From: Setoptus koraiensis
Lineage: Eukaryota; Animalia; Arthropoda
NCBI GenBank assembly: GCA_048013815.1
Contig: CM106585.1
Span: forward strand, 8,928,001 to 8,992,000
Length of the DNA: 64,000 bases
Direction of reading: 5' to 3'
Numbering within the stretch: the stretch's first letter is position 1; each line of letters opens with the position of its first letter. Positions 10,775 through 24,100 of the stretch are shown here, piece after piece. Under the pieces are notes generated by a model. That model had not been told where the DNA came from and searched no databases. It worked only from the letters and a program-made list of their open reading frames with translations. A program made the position numbers and the translations under genes.

Positions 10775-13700
10775 TTATGGAGCCAAATAGACGATATAGT
10801 GAATGGATAAAAGGCAAACAATGATAATAATATTATTGCGGACTAGAGTGAAAAAGTATCCAGATGTAGTTGCATCCTTGGTCAGATGATGGCGCCAGTT
10901 AACGAATGGCAAATTATTTTGCATTGCTCCACTGCGTTCCGATGAGGCTAATAATAGTAATGAGCGAGAGAAAGAAAGAAATAATTTATTTTTTACATTA
11001 TCATCATATTGTTATTATTAGCATTGTAATTGATGATGATCGAGTTTGTTCTGATGTTGAGCTTTGCTTGTGCCAATTGGAGGCAACAGCGTAAACAAGC
11101 GAAACAGGAAAACAAATGAATAATAATATAAGTGAGTGTGTTTGTTACATAATATGCGATTAGATAATATATTATTGTGGATAAAACTAGGAGGAATGCG
11201 TGCTAATGAGAAATATATTAGTGAGAGACACACATTTAAATGTGAACATGCAAATGAGCTTTAGATTGTTGGCTACCAATGGCGAGCATAGCCAGATATT
11301 TGCATGCATTTAGTGTATGCATATGTATGCAATATATAGTGAGCGTTTACGTGAATGGTGTTGAATATAGCATATATTATATAATGTATATAATACATTA
11401 TTAGCAATATTGTTAGTAGTGTTGTTAGTAGTGTTGTTAGTAGTGATGTTAGTGGTGTTGTTAGTGGGAGGCAGGCAGGTGGATCGTTTTTGGATAAGTT
11501 ATTGTGGCACGCACCGGAAGTTGCTTGTATGACGTTGTTGGGATGGAGTTGTTGTTGTTTGTTGTTGTTGTTGTTGTTGTTGTTGCTGTTAACACTGTTG
11601 GCCGGCGTTGGAGGGTTAAAATCGAAGGTTATTATTTCTGTGCTGGTGTATAAAGGCATCGAATGTCTTGCCTGACATCTGAATCGGATAGTCTGGGCCT
11701 GGCCTGGGTTTTTGGGGCCGTTTCCGGGGCCGGCCAACGAAGACACCGAGGCATGTTGCCGATGATTATTGTCGCCGGCCGAATGGTCGTGTGACTTGCT
11801 GGCCAGCGGCGGCGGCGACGATGATGCAGCGGCGGCCAGTGTGGCATGGCCACTGTTGTAATGCGACAGTATAGATGAAAGTGACATGGTTGGCTGATTT
11901 TGTTGTTGCATAATGGCTGTTGCTGTCGTTGTTGTTGGTGTTGAGCCAGATAACGACGACGACGCCGACGACGACGACGACGACGACGACGATAATAATG
12001 GGCTGGGGGCAACATTAGCCGACAGAGGCAATGAAAACGAACTTAATGATGGGTCCCCTCTATGCAGCAACAAATTGAAATTATTAATTAATTTACTGCT
12101 GATGCTGCCGGCGGCGGCTTGCTGTTGTTGTTTTGTCGCTAATGATGTTGCCTGATGAGCGTTGTAATTATTGTTATTAGTCATTATGTTTGCGGTGGCC
12201 TTTGGTGGTTGCATGCCAATGGTAATCACAGTTTGTTTTTGGTCCGCGGTCACCCTGGTGGGATAATGGCGCGTATCTCTCAAGTCAATACGTTCGTCGT
12301 TAACAAACCAGGATAATTGCGTGTCTATGCTACTGTCCAAACAGCTACAATTCATATTTTTGATCACTTGCCAGAGCAGAAAATTGTCGCCGTCGTAATA
12401 GTTGTCGAGACTCGTAGTAGTCGGATCTGGCTGCTGTTGCAATGCGAGGTTGTTGTTGTTGCTGGATTGGCTCACTATTCGGTGTCGGCCCCTCTGACGC
12501 AATTGCTGTTGCTGTTTAGCCATCGATTGCTGCTGCTGCTGCTGTTGTTGTTGCTGATTGGGGCTTAAAACACTGGCCACGGCCACCAAGCTTGGCGCTT
12601 GGCCGCTTGCGCCACCCTGGCTCACATAAATTCTGCCCGCCACTTGTGGCGGCCAGCTCATCTGGGGCCTGTCCGAGTCGTGCTCCGATATGAACACGGG
12701 CGACTTGAGCAGGCTGGGACCCGTGCGCCTCTGGTGGTGCTGACCATTGTGATGACCGGTTTGGTGGTGATGATGCGTGTGATAATTGTCCACGTCCGTC
12801 AGCCGGTTAATTGGCTGCTCTTCCAATTGTTTCAGATACGACTCAAAGGTGTCTCTGCTCTCCAAAACGCTCGATCCCATCGACGAGTCGCTGTCCTCGT
12901 AATAGTACAAAAGCGAGTTGTTGCTGTTGTTTGCCTCAACTATTGCGTTACTATTTGTCTGACGTTTATCTGACACGCTCAAGCTGTTCCAGTTGTCCAG
13001 TCCGGAATTGTTGTTGTTGTTGGCGACCGGTTGACGGGGCCGCTCGCTGGCAGCGACATCCGTGGACGACGAGCCAATCATTATAATTAATTGTTTGCTG
13101 TCCAATGAGATCTCCTGTTTCATCACTGACAAACATTTGAAACTGACCCTGTTGTTGATCAAATTGTTTTGTTGCAATTTCAGCGACAGCGACGACGTTG
13201 TGGAAAAAATGCCCCGCGATCGATCGGTGTAGGTCATGGCCGACATGGTGACAAACTCATTGTTTGTCGCCAACAAAGCCGATCGCTGCTGGCCCGATGG
13301 CGACTGCGACTGTGACTGTGATTTCGTCGGATTTTGTTTGCCGTCGGACGGAATGTAAATCTCTTGCTCGTTCAGGTACCATTTGATGTGGCCCGGCGGC
13401 TTGGACGGGGCCGTGCTGCACCTGAGCTCGATGTGGTCGCCAATGGCGTACGAAATGTCCTGCGTGGCGGGGTTCTTCACCTGGCCCTGGCCGTCCAGTA
13501 TCTCGATGCGGGGCCCGCGCAGCGGCAGCGCTGCAGTCGTCGTTTGTTTGATCGTTTATTCATTATCGGGCGCGCGCGACAATGCGCCATCAATTTCGAC
13601 GCCATCAATCAATTGTCATCAATTGTCGTATTATCGGTCGTGCCGTTATCGAGCGGCGCGGTCGTCACGTCATCACGACGGGATCGTTATGGGCGAAAAA

Positions 13701-16700
13701 GGTTGGTTAGCGACGGTTGGTTAGTTTGGTTAGACAGTTTTGGTGGGCTCGGCGAGCAGCAGGTAGCTGCCGGCCGAGTGCGAGAGATGTCATCAAGAAA
13801 CGGAAAATCAAAAACGGATATTTCTCATGGGCAGCCATGTCGCCGCTCGAGCGCCATATATCACCGAGCGAGCGAGCGAGTCACTGGTGAGTCAAAAGTT
13901 GTGAGTCAAAAGTTGTGAGTGTCGCAACTCGCCACTGAGTTGCTGTCAATGCGACTGAAATTTCAGCGACTCATGACCTAAATGGCGAGTGTGCGACATG
14001 CGATCGCGTGATGTGACAGCGCAACGGATGCAAATGATATACGGCTAATGGATCAAGTTGTTGCGAGCGACCAAAACGAGTTGTCGTTGTCGCTGTCGTT
14101 GTTGTCGCTGTTGCTGTTGGTGTCGTTATTTTGGCATTGTTACGCAATGTGCTGTCTATAGTTGTGACGAGTTGCGTTGCCGGTAACAACGGCGACGGCG
14201 GCTGCCCGAACGCAGTTGCAATCAATCAGAAACGATGACGCGCAGCGTCATCTCAAGGATCTGGTCGCCATGGCGACGAGCCTCGTCGTCGCCTGGAGCC
14301 CGCGAGACAGATAAAACAACTTTTTCGCACTTGTGCAGCCAGTCTGTCTGCCAGTCGACGCTGATGAATTATAATGTATTATTATTTATATAATATATTA
14401 ATAATGTCAGCTCTGTCGCTCTCCGTCTCGAGCGCTCTATCCGCTCCGTCTGCAAGCTCGCCACTTCGCCCAGAGAGTCTCTCCGATGGAGAGCCCCCCG
14501 TTTCGGCACACTATCAGAGAGAGTCGCTGCTAGGCAGCGCTCGAGACGGAGAGCGAGAGAGAGCGAGAGAGAGATTGATTAATGCGATACGGAAGTAGGC
14601 GATATCATACAGCGTATCAAGGCTGCCACTCGAGTATCATGCTTCATTTAGCCGGCTGCCAGAAGCGTTCGACACGACAACAACAACAACAAACGCACAC
14701 AATTGGCGAGCCTTGCCAGTCGCGAATTTGTTGCTCGGATTTGATGTTCGCGGGGCGAACGCGCAAACAAACATTGGACGCCAACGAAATCACTGTCGAT
14801 CCTGTCGATGCCAAGTGATGGCTGGCGCTGGCGAGACACTTTGAATAGGTTGCTCATTAGGCGGGCGCGATTTTGATTGCCTTGTCGACTGCGACTCCGA
14901 CTGCGAATTTGATTGCGATTTTGATTGCGATTTCGCTTGCGATTCCGATGCCGAATTCGATCGCGATCTCGATTGCGATCGATTTTTTGCGACGCGACCG
15001 AACACGACATCGCGAGTCAATTCAAATTGTCAAATTGGCAAGCCCGCTATACGAGCCCATCCGACAACATGGCTCAATGTTTGCCGTTACATCAGACCGC
15101 TGATTGGCGCCCGCTCTCGGCGGCCGCATATCGGCTGACCTCGGCTGCGCCGACCGCCATCGACCGGCCCCTGCTCGACATTAGCCCGGCCGGCGCTAAT
15201 TGTAACTGTGTCTCGCCTCATTGTTGTGGCCGGGCCGGCCGATTGGCAGCGACAGCGAGCTCGGCGTTGCGGCGACGACGACAACGGCGACATCACGGCA
15301 ACGACAACAACCACATCGGCGGCAACAGCGACAGCGCTTGAGCCGTATCAGCGACGATTAATGTCTCAATGGTCGCTGGCCGGCGACAACAGCGACAACG
15401 GGCCAAACAAGCGACGACAACAACGAGCGACGACAACAACGAGCCAAAGGCCAGTGCAAAATGGCCAGAGAATATGTCATGTCTCAAGTGGAGCCCGTGG
15501 ACTCGCTCCAAAAAGCTATTAAGCCCGATGCGCTCGTTTGCCGGCCCGCCGACCGCTCTATCTGGCCGACTATCTGGCCGGCCGGATCGAGCTCGCATAG
15601 ATGGATGGATCGGCGGGTCGCGTAACAAGATTTGCGCGGTGACTTTGCACAGTGGAGCGCTCTTTTTAGTCGCTGCTGGCCGCTTGTTGTCGCCGGTCGA
15701 CCACAAGTGATGCCCAATGGCCACCGCACACTATCCATGCCACGCAGAGTGCATTATCTAATAAAGTGACTAGTCAAAATGATGATATTACGCAACGGAT
15801 CACACAAAGGAGCAGCCAGAAGAAAGGGAGCTCGCCAACAAGAGATTGAGAGCGAGAGCGGAGAGCGGAGAGAAAAATGAATTGCGCTCCAACTGAACGC
15901 CGCCATCCATTTAGGCCGCCTAGCGCCATATCGGCTGTCGCTGTTGTTGGCCAGCTCAGAATCTCGCATCTCATTTGTTGGCCCACTATCTGACCGGTGG
16001 GTCGGCCAAGCGGTCGCCCGGCCGGCCGGCAAGATAGAGCGGTCGCTCGCCAAGATGGAGCGGTCGCCCGGCCAGATAGAGCGGTCGGCCCGGCCGACCG
16101 ACCGGCTGAATGGGCAGCGGGCAGCGAGCGGTGAGCGGCTGCGACTGCATGACAGCGATATTTAAATCACCATTGATCATTCTTTTGTCGTCGCTCATAA
16201 CGCTAGCCGCAGCGGGCCCCCCTTTATAACGTTAGTCGGTCGCTTGGCGCGTCGATGCGCCCGGGTTACAAACCGGCCAACAAAGTCACAAAGTTTGTAG
16301 CAAACAATCGCCATTATGTAATGTTGCTCTCGATGCTCACATCACTGCCACTATATTACACTCTTTATTATTTGTGTCACTATCGCCGCCAACAATTCTC
16401 ACTGAGCCGGCCGCCGAGATAATGCCCACCACTGGCCTGCACCACTGGCCTGCACCACTGGCCTGCACCACTGGCCTGCACCACTGGCCTGCACCATTGG
16501 GGCCCCAATAAATATTTGCGCATGCCCCAACGATGCCAGTGGCCCACTGAGAAGCGTGTCGCCACTCGACTCGGCCAATTTGGCCCCTTTTCATCCCGTC
16601 TCGAATCGTTTCAATTCGGTGCAATTGGGTTCTGTTTCGATTGGCCGTTTGGTCGTTGTCTGGTCGTTCGGAGATCGTTTATATCGTTTGTAGCCAACGG

Positions 16701-19700
16701 TGATCGCTGCACAAACTGCAAATGAGCCCAATTCAACCGTTTACAACTGTGACAACCAATACCAGCGCACAATTACGCAATGGACCCAAACATCAATTGG
16801 GCCTATTGCTGAGCCGTGATTGCGGGCCCCTCTCACAGCCCACTCGTCAGCCTGAGACGATCAGGTGACAATGGAATATCGGACTTGTTGTTTGTGTCTT
16901 GTCGGCTATTGATGGCGATCGTTTTTCGAGTTGTGAACAAACCGAGAATCGGATTAACCGTGCGCCCAAAGTGCTGATGAACCGTTGCATGCGGCCACCG
17001 GCGATCATACAACCGCACGACCGGCCCGTGCAAGCCCGTGGCCGGCCCATGCGAGCGGCCGATTTGTTGGCCGACTGTGTGGCAGCTTGTCCGAAGCCGA
17101 TTGGTTGGCACGGTGGCCGCTTCTGTGTGTGGCTCGATTGTCGACGCTGCGGTCGCTCGTTTGCGAGTCTCTAAGCGACTTGGCTGAAAAATCTTGAATT
17201 ATCAAATGGGCGCGTCGGTGGCCATTTGATAATTTGAAGAGAAGTGGAGTGTTTTTTCTCAAGTTAGTTGAATAGCATTGTATTGTAAAGATTGTGCACT
17301 TTACAATACATTACGTAATGCAGCGTTATTATGCGTTATTACAGCGTTATACAGGCAGGCACCATTATGATTTGCATAGCGGGCGTCGGCCAGAAAATTG
17401 CTTTTTCTTGGGCGATTGTTGGCGCAAATTAAGCGACGGCGCTGCCAATGACAGCGGCCAAGTTGCCGGCCGACAACAGGTCAGTTGCATTGTGTCGCGC
17501 ACTTAGGTGGTCAATGGACCAGCCAGGCGAGTCTCATCAACGGCCGACGGTCATCGCCGAGCGAGCGAGTCATTTGCGACCACGACACTGCTCCTCTCTG
17601 CAACTGTCACCTGTTCGCAGTACTCGCCTGTTCGCGGCACTCGCCTGTTCGCGGCACTCGCCTGTTCGCGGCACTCGCCTGTTCGCGGCACTCACCTGAT
17701 CGCGAGAGTCGCGAAGAGACTCGCGAGCTGTGAGAAACTGGCCGCCCTCGGACACTGACGGACACTGACGCAATCAAAACAATTCTCACCGCTGATGACG
17801 ATATGCAAATGCGTCTCTAAGATGGCCCACTCACAAGTGGCCAGTGGCGTTCGCACAGGTGACCTGATTGTTGGGCGTTGTCGCCAATCTGCACACTGTC
17901 GTCGCTCTCTTGTTTGCGCGTCGTCTTGCGTCGCATCTTCTCGGCGCTCGAGCGGGCACAAAATCTCGCCGCTCCGCTCCATTGTCGGGCGCATCGTCGC
18001 GGGCACCGTCGCGGCACCGTCGCGGCACCGTCGCGGCACCGTCGCGGCACCGTCGGGCGTGTGCAGGCGAGCAGACATAATGGGCACTGTTTATGTGTTT
18101 GCAGTCCATTGATGTTTTATTGTCATTGTCATTGTCGTGTGGCCGCCGCAGCCACAACGCGCATATCCGCACATGTTCGTATCCTCATTTATCCGCACAT
18201 GCTCGTATCCTCGTATCGTATTTATCCGCGCATAAAAGATGCCCACATAAAGTGTGCAAGATATGCGAGACATGCACAAGATGCGCACAATGCATACAAG
18301 ATGCACATTACGCGATACGAGCCGCTCTGCCGGACACAGGGCGCAGCATGCCAAACGACACACGCCGTATCGCATGTCTATCGCCCGGTCGCATCGATCG
18401 ACGCGCTCGTATCATTTTATGCAACAACTGTGCCACGAGCCCCCGCACAGGCCCGGCGAAATATGATTCGCGACTCGCCGGCGCAAATCGAGATTGAGAG
18501 ATAGGCCCGCTGCCAAACGATGCGCCCGACGCCCGACGACCGACGACAAAGTTTGCAGCGGGCGCGAGACTGTTTTTGTCGCGCTCGCTGTTGCTTGCGT
18601 TGTCGCTGTTGTTGTTGTTGTTGCCGTTGTTGTCGTTGTTGCCGTTGTTGGCGTTGCTGCTGTCGTTGTTGCTTGTGTTGTTGCGGTCGCTTGGTTGTCG
18701 AAATAAAGCCAAATGGGCGTGAGGTCGCCGGGGCACGGACACTGCAAGCGGGCAAGCGCGCGAGCGGGCGAGCGGACGAGCGGGCAGCCGGGCGAGCGGA
18801 CAGCCGGGCGAGCGGACAGGCGGACAAGTTGACAAAGGAACCGCATTAAGAGACAGATAGATGGAATAGATTAAATGGCGACTCGCAGATGGCAAACAGT
18901 TACGCTCCACGGAGTTGCCATCTCTTTGTCATTGTGTCGCCCTTACAATGTATAATGTGAGTCATACGAGAGAATGGCGACAATTCTTTTCTAGCGATAT
19001 TCGTTCATTCATGAAATCTGTGCATGTTGTTCCCATTCATTAAGTCATGTTGGCCCATAACGCATCATATTAGGTAACCTAGTTGCGCTAATATGATGAG
19101 CCAGCTCGAACGCCAATCGAATCGCCTGTTGTGAGCCTGTTCGCGGCCCATTGACACAGCCAATTCAAGCCGCCTTGGCCAGATAACAACTCACCTGAGC
19201 TATAACAAAGTGCCCAAAGTAAGTGATGGCCAAACGCCATTGACATGACGAGGGGCGCCACGGTTTGCGGTTTGTTTGTGCTCTCACCCGTAACTGGCAG
19301 CCTCTTACGCAACATAAATATATACCCAAACGGGCTAAAATGTTCAACAAAATGTTCAACTGTGCCATACGCCGAGCCATTATGCAATGCGCGCATTATG
19401 TAATGGAAGCCACAATCGGGCTTCAGGTACGGGCATAAGTCGATGCTGTTGTTGTTGTTGTTGTTGTTGTTGCTGCTGCTGCTGTTGTTGTTGTTGTGGC
19501 TCGGCCGTGCGCCCAAACCTGGCGAGCGAGCCGCACAATTGAACACGACCGAGCGCATTCGAACCCAATCGACCGGCTCCGGCCTCCACCGTTACAATAT
19601 GCAACGCGACGCCCGTCAATTTATCGCTCCTCGGGCGCCTCCGCTCAGCCGAGTGTGTTTAACGGACACCGTTGAGCACAGTCTGCTGGCCCCGTCGCTC

Positions 19701-21106
19701 CCGTCTCCGCATGCCCGACCGTCCGGCTGGCGGACCGTCGGCTGCCCGACTGGCCGACTGTCTGACTGCCCGGCTGCCGTAGTAGTGGCTTTGAGGGAGA
19801 GCAACTGCGATCGAGCCAACCAGCCAGTGCAGCGTGGCAAAATATCCTCTTAGCATCCGCTATGGCGTGCAGGATGGACGCAGGATAGAGGGCGCTCGTG
19901 CGCGACCAATCCCGAATATACGGCAGTGTGGCTGGCGGTGCTCTAATAAGTGACGTGCGTCTCGTTATGCAACAACAACAGCAACAACAACACCAGCAAC
20001 AACACCAACAACAACACAGTCGTGCAGTTATGTAATAACTGGGCTATCGCTATAACGACCACGATAGATGGATAATTGATGAATGTGTGTGTCGTCGTTG
20101 TTGTTGTTGGGAGCTGAGCGCTAATGTTGTCTAATTGCGTAACAGTTGAACAGTTGAATAATACTTGAGCTGACTGACTGTGCACGCCGCCAGTTAATAC
20201 ACAGTCAGTTCAATACCAGTTAGTACAGTGTTTAATTGGGTTGCGCGACAGTTGCCAAGACGACGACGATCTTCAGTCAGTTTGTCACATGCCGGCACAG
20301 GCCGCGAGGAGTCGCCAAAAATGCGACTCAATCAACCTCAAACTGCGACACCAACAACACGAAACAACAACCAAACAACAACCAAACAACAACCAAACAA
20401 CAACGGCGACAACTGTCGACGATTCAGCCAGCGATTGCGTAATCTGCGGGCGTTCGTTGCGGACCGATTGTTTCTCGCTGTGCGTCCAGCTCGCACCACT
20501 GTCAGCCTATATGCTACAGTTGTCGTTGTTGTTGTCGCTGTTGTTGTTGTCGCTGTTGTAGTTGTAGTTGTCGCTGTCGTTGTTGTCGTTGCTGGGGTTG
20601 CCGCTGTCCAATGTCGCTGGCCGACGGCGTGTGAGTGGCGCTGCTGAGACGTGACGCAAATGGCGTCATGCGATGTGTCAATCATGAACTCAATGAGCCA
20701 TCGACAAGTGGTAAACTTAAACTGGCACAGCCAACAACTACAAACACACTGGAGCGTGGGCCCCATTAGTGCGCGCTGGGGCCCCGCGCCCGAGCTAAGC
20801 TGTGGTGGCTGGCCAGTGTGTAGACAGTGTGTGTACAAGTGCAGTCTAGATGGCAAGTGCAATAGTGTATTAGTGGTAACTAATAATGTGTAATATGATT
20901 TGTCCTTGTCAGGTTGTTACGCGACAAGCTCAATATCGACTGGCATCGTGGAAACAAATGTTAACTTACAATTAAGTTGCATGCCAATGCCCCGGCCCCA
21001 CTGACCGATCATCGCCGGCGCCGCTGCAACGACACGACAATCGACCGGCCACGACAACAATACTCGCGCAATGCCCGCAATTTAATCAATCCCGCCGGCC
21101 CAGCTA

Positions 21107-21138
<32 letters not shown>

Positions 21139-24100
21139 CGGGGCCCCCATTTTCGGGGCCAGTGAGCAAATTCAACTCCATTTATGTCGCGCATTGGCTG
21201 CCCCTCGGAGCGGGGCCCGCGTCACACTAGGTGGCGCATGCAGTGGGGGCCCGTGGCGAGTTTTGCGCTGTAACTTACCGCACCGTGTAACCGGTCAATA
21301 ACGAGCCAACTCGGGCCAATATCATGGCATCATATCACCAATATCATAGCATCGATTTCAACAGTGACATCGCGCCAGTTTGCAACAGAAAACAGCAAAT
21401 TAAAACAGATAACAGAGATAAAAGAAAAAAACTCAATGAACACTTACCGTACACCTTGAGCCGCTTTGACTTTTTCACGGTCTCGAACGAGGGCGCCTCG
21501 GTGATGTCGCATCGGTACTCGCCCTCCGTGCTCACGTCAGCTGTTGGTTGTGGCGCAATTGGGTGACAGGTGATGTGACATGATTGTTGACAGTTACGGT
21601 TCGCATCAAATGATTGGGCGCCAGTAGAAAAGAGAAAGTTGGTTGTTTCGGGATGAGTTTGTGGTGCATTACGTAACGTGTTGTAACATGGCGTCAATGA
21701 CCTACCTTTGGTGAGATAAACATTTCCGTGGTGCGACTTTGTCATCTGTGTGTGTGTCGCCGGTCCGATACAATAATAGAGATAATAGTAATAACAACAC
21801 AATAATAAAGTTAGTTATAGTTGGAACACAAACGAACGCATTCGGCCGATCGTTCGGCCAGGTGAGGGCGTCGCTGGCCGCTGGCGTGGGAGGGCGCGAC
21901 AAACATCGGACGCGCGCAGGGTGCACGCGGTATTTCAGATAACTTGTTTGCTCAACTGCAACGCTCGCGCTTGGTCGCCTCTGCGCCGCACAGCGACACA
22001 GCGGCACATCGACACAGCGACACAGCGACACAACGAAATAATTTTGACACGACGACATATCGACAGGTGACTGCAAACCGAAAGCTTGTCGCTTGTTTGC
22101 TTAGCCAGCCAGTAGTTGGCAGGTGATTTTTCAGGTGATTCTGCAGCATTTCGCAGCATTTCGCAGCATTTTGCGGCATTTTGCGGCCATTCTGCGGCGA
22201 TCCGGCCAACTTTTTAGCTGCGGCCGCAGTGCTGCCACCACGCAATCAAGCAGCATGCAAATTTGACCACAGCGACACCAGTGACACTTCAACGCCGCTG
22301 CTCCGAACGAGGCTGCAATCGCCGGCGATGGCCCGCGACAGCGGGCACCGTTGGCACGACCACGTTGACGAGGCCAGCGCCGCGAGCGACACAACTCGCA
22401 AGTTGAACCAGTTCCGGTGCACATGATTTACGTTCGCCTGGCCGCTAGCCAGCCGCCAGCGAGCGGCCAAGACGCCAAGATAACATCGGGCGTGCGGCCG
22501 CATTGTGTGCCAACACAGCCGATGGTCGGCAGTGTTGGCAAGACGCCTGATGAGATTTGGTGACAGAAGAGGCGGCACACAGCAGCCAAAGAACAGAGGC
22601 GACAAATGGCTGTGCACCGGAAATGAGCTCGGCGCGCCGCCGTCTTGTTGTTTTGTTGTGTGCGTGTGTGTATTATATTCGGTGGTGGTGGCGGTTGATG
22701 AGTCGCTGCGTTTGTTATGCGGCCAGTTGCGTCATGCGGCCACATGCGTCATGTAGTGGCCGGCGCCAAGACTCACTCATAATGAGAGCTATGGCCGTGC
22801 GAGTGATCTTAATGAGCGCGCGCTGCCACGAGCACCGGACAGTGGCCAGCGGGTGCGTGGCCGTGTAAATTGATCAGAGCGCATGATTGACTAATGAAAA
22901 GCGTTTCCATTTCACTTGCTCATTATAATGACGTAATCAACAACAACAACGCACATTGGCGACGACAACCGCAAGCAGCGGCCAAGTATTAGTTTATTTG
23001 GCCACGATGAGTGTGTTTAATTCATTAGCGTGCTCGTGTGCTTGTGTGCGCCCACGAATTGTCGTTGTCGCTGATGTCGTTGTTGTCGTTGTCGCGCTTG
23101 TTGTTGCCGTGGTTGTTGTCGTTGTCGTTGGTGCTGTCGTTGTGTAAATATTGTGCGTTGCGTCATCTATGCCGACTAGATTTGTTGTGGGTGGCGAATT
23201 GTCAACGAGTATCGCGCACACACAATTGATTAGTGTGTGCATGCGATACGTTATGTTAATTGTATTACGCAACAACACTGTTGCGAGCGCGTGCACACTG
23301 CGCCAGTGTCGCCAAGGCCACGCTGGCCAGCTCTGTCCCGGGTGCTGGCATCGCCGCCACCGCAACCCGGCAGCATGACGGCACAGGCGACATGACGGCA
23401 CAGGCAACACGACGGCACGGGCAGCATGACGGCACAGGCGCCTCGCGCGCCCCTCCCGGCAACTTGTTCGCTCTGGGCCCGCGCCAGCCCGTGCCAGCTC
23501 GTGCCAATTCTTTCCGATTCGCTGGCGCTGTCCGGCCGCACGGCTCGTGGCGCGGCTCGTGGCGCGGCCAAGCCGCAACTGGCTGTTATCGCAAGTTGTC
23601 GCTTTAAATTATAAGCATAAACTGCCAGTGCGGCCGCGCGCATCGCCGGCCCGCCGCACGATATGAGGCCCGCGGACCGCAGTTAAAAATAGGGCGATGC
23701 AAAGGAGCGCGGCCGGCGAGCACAGCAAACAAAACAAACCGGTTAAGCCGAGCCGAACCAGTTGACGAGCGCGAGCACGAGCGCGACGCGACAGCGATGA
23801 GCGCCCAAATGACAGCCAACAAGGCTGATTGCCAAACAGATAGGATTGAGGCCACTCGACGGGCCCCAGCGCGTGCATTGTGCGGCGCTGCTGGTGGCTC
23901 GTGGCGCCAGCACGAGCAGCCCCGGGCTACGGAGTGTGCTTGAAATAACGGTAATAATAATAACAAGTGTGTCTTCACTTTGGCCGCCGCGCTCGCAGCT
24001 CGCGGCCCCAAGTGAAGCGACTAACTGGCCCCACTGGCTTTGTCGCGACTCGCCATGAAACTTTGTCGCGCGCCGCGCCGCGCTGTCTGGCTGGCGGCGG

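Noticed and set aside
18875-18955. miR-281-like sequence within a short hairpin
   Set aside because: The seed does not match, and the stem is only ~9 bp with a large loop.
19922-19945. miR-34-like GGCAGTGTGG
   Set aside because: Only a ~10-nt match, with no complementary arm.
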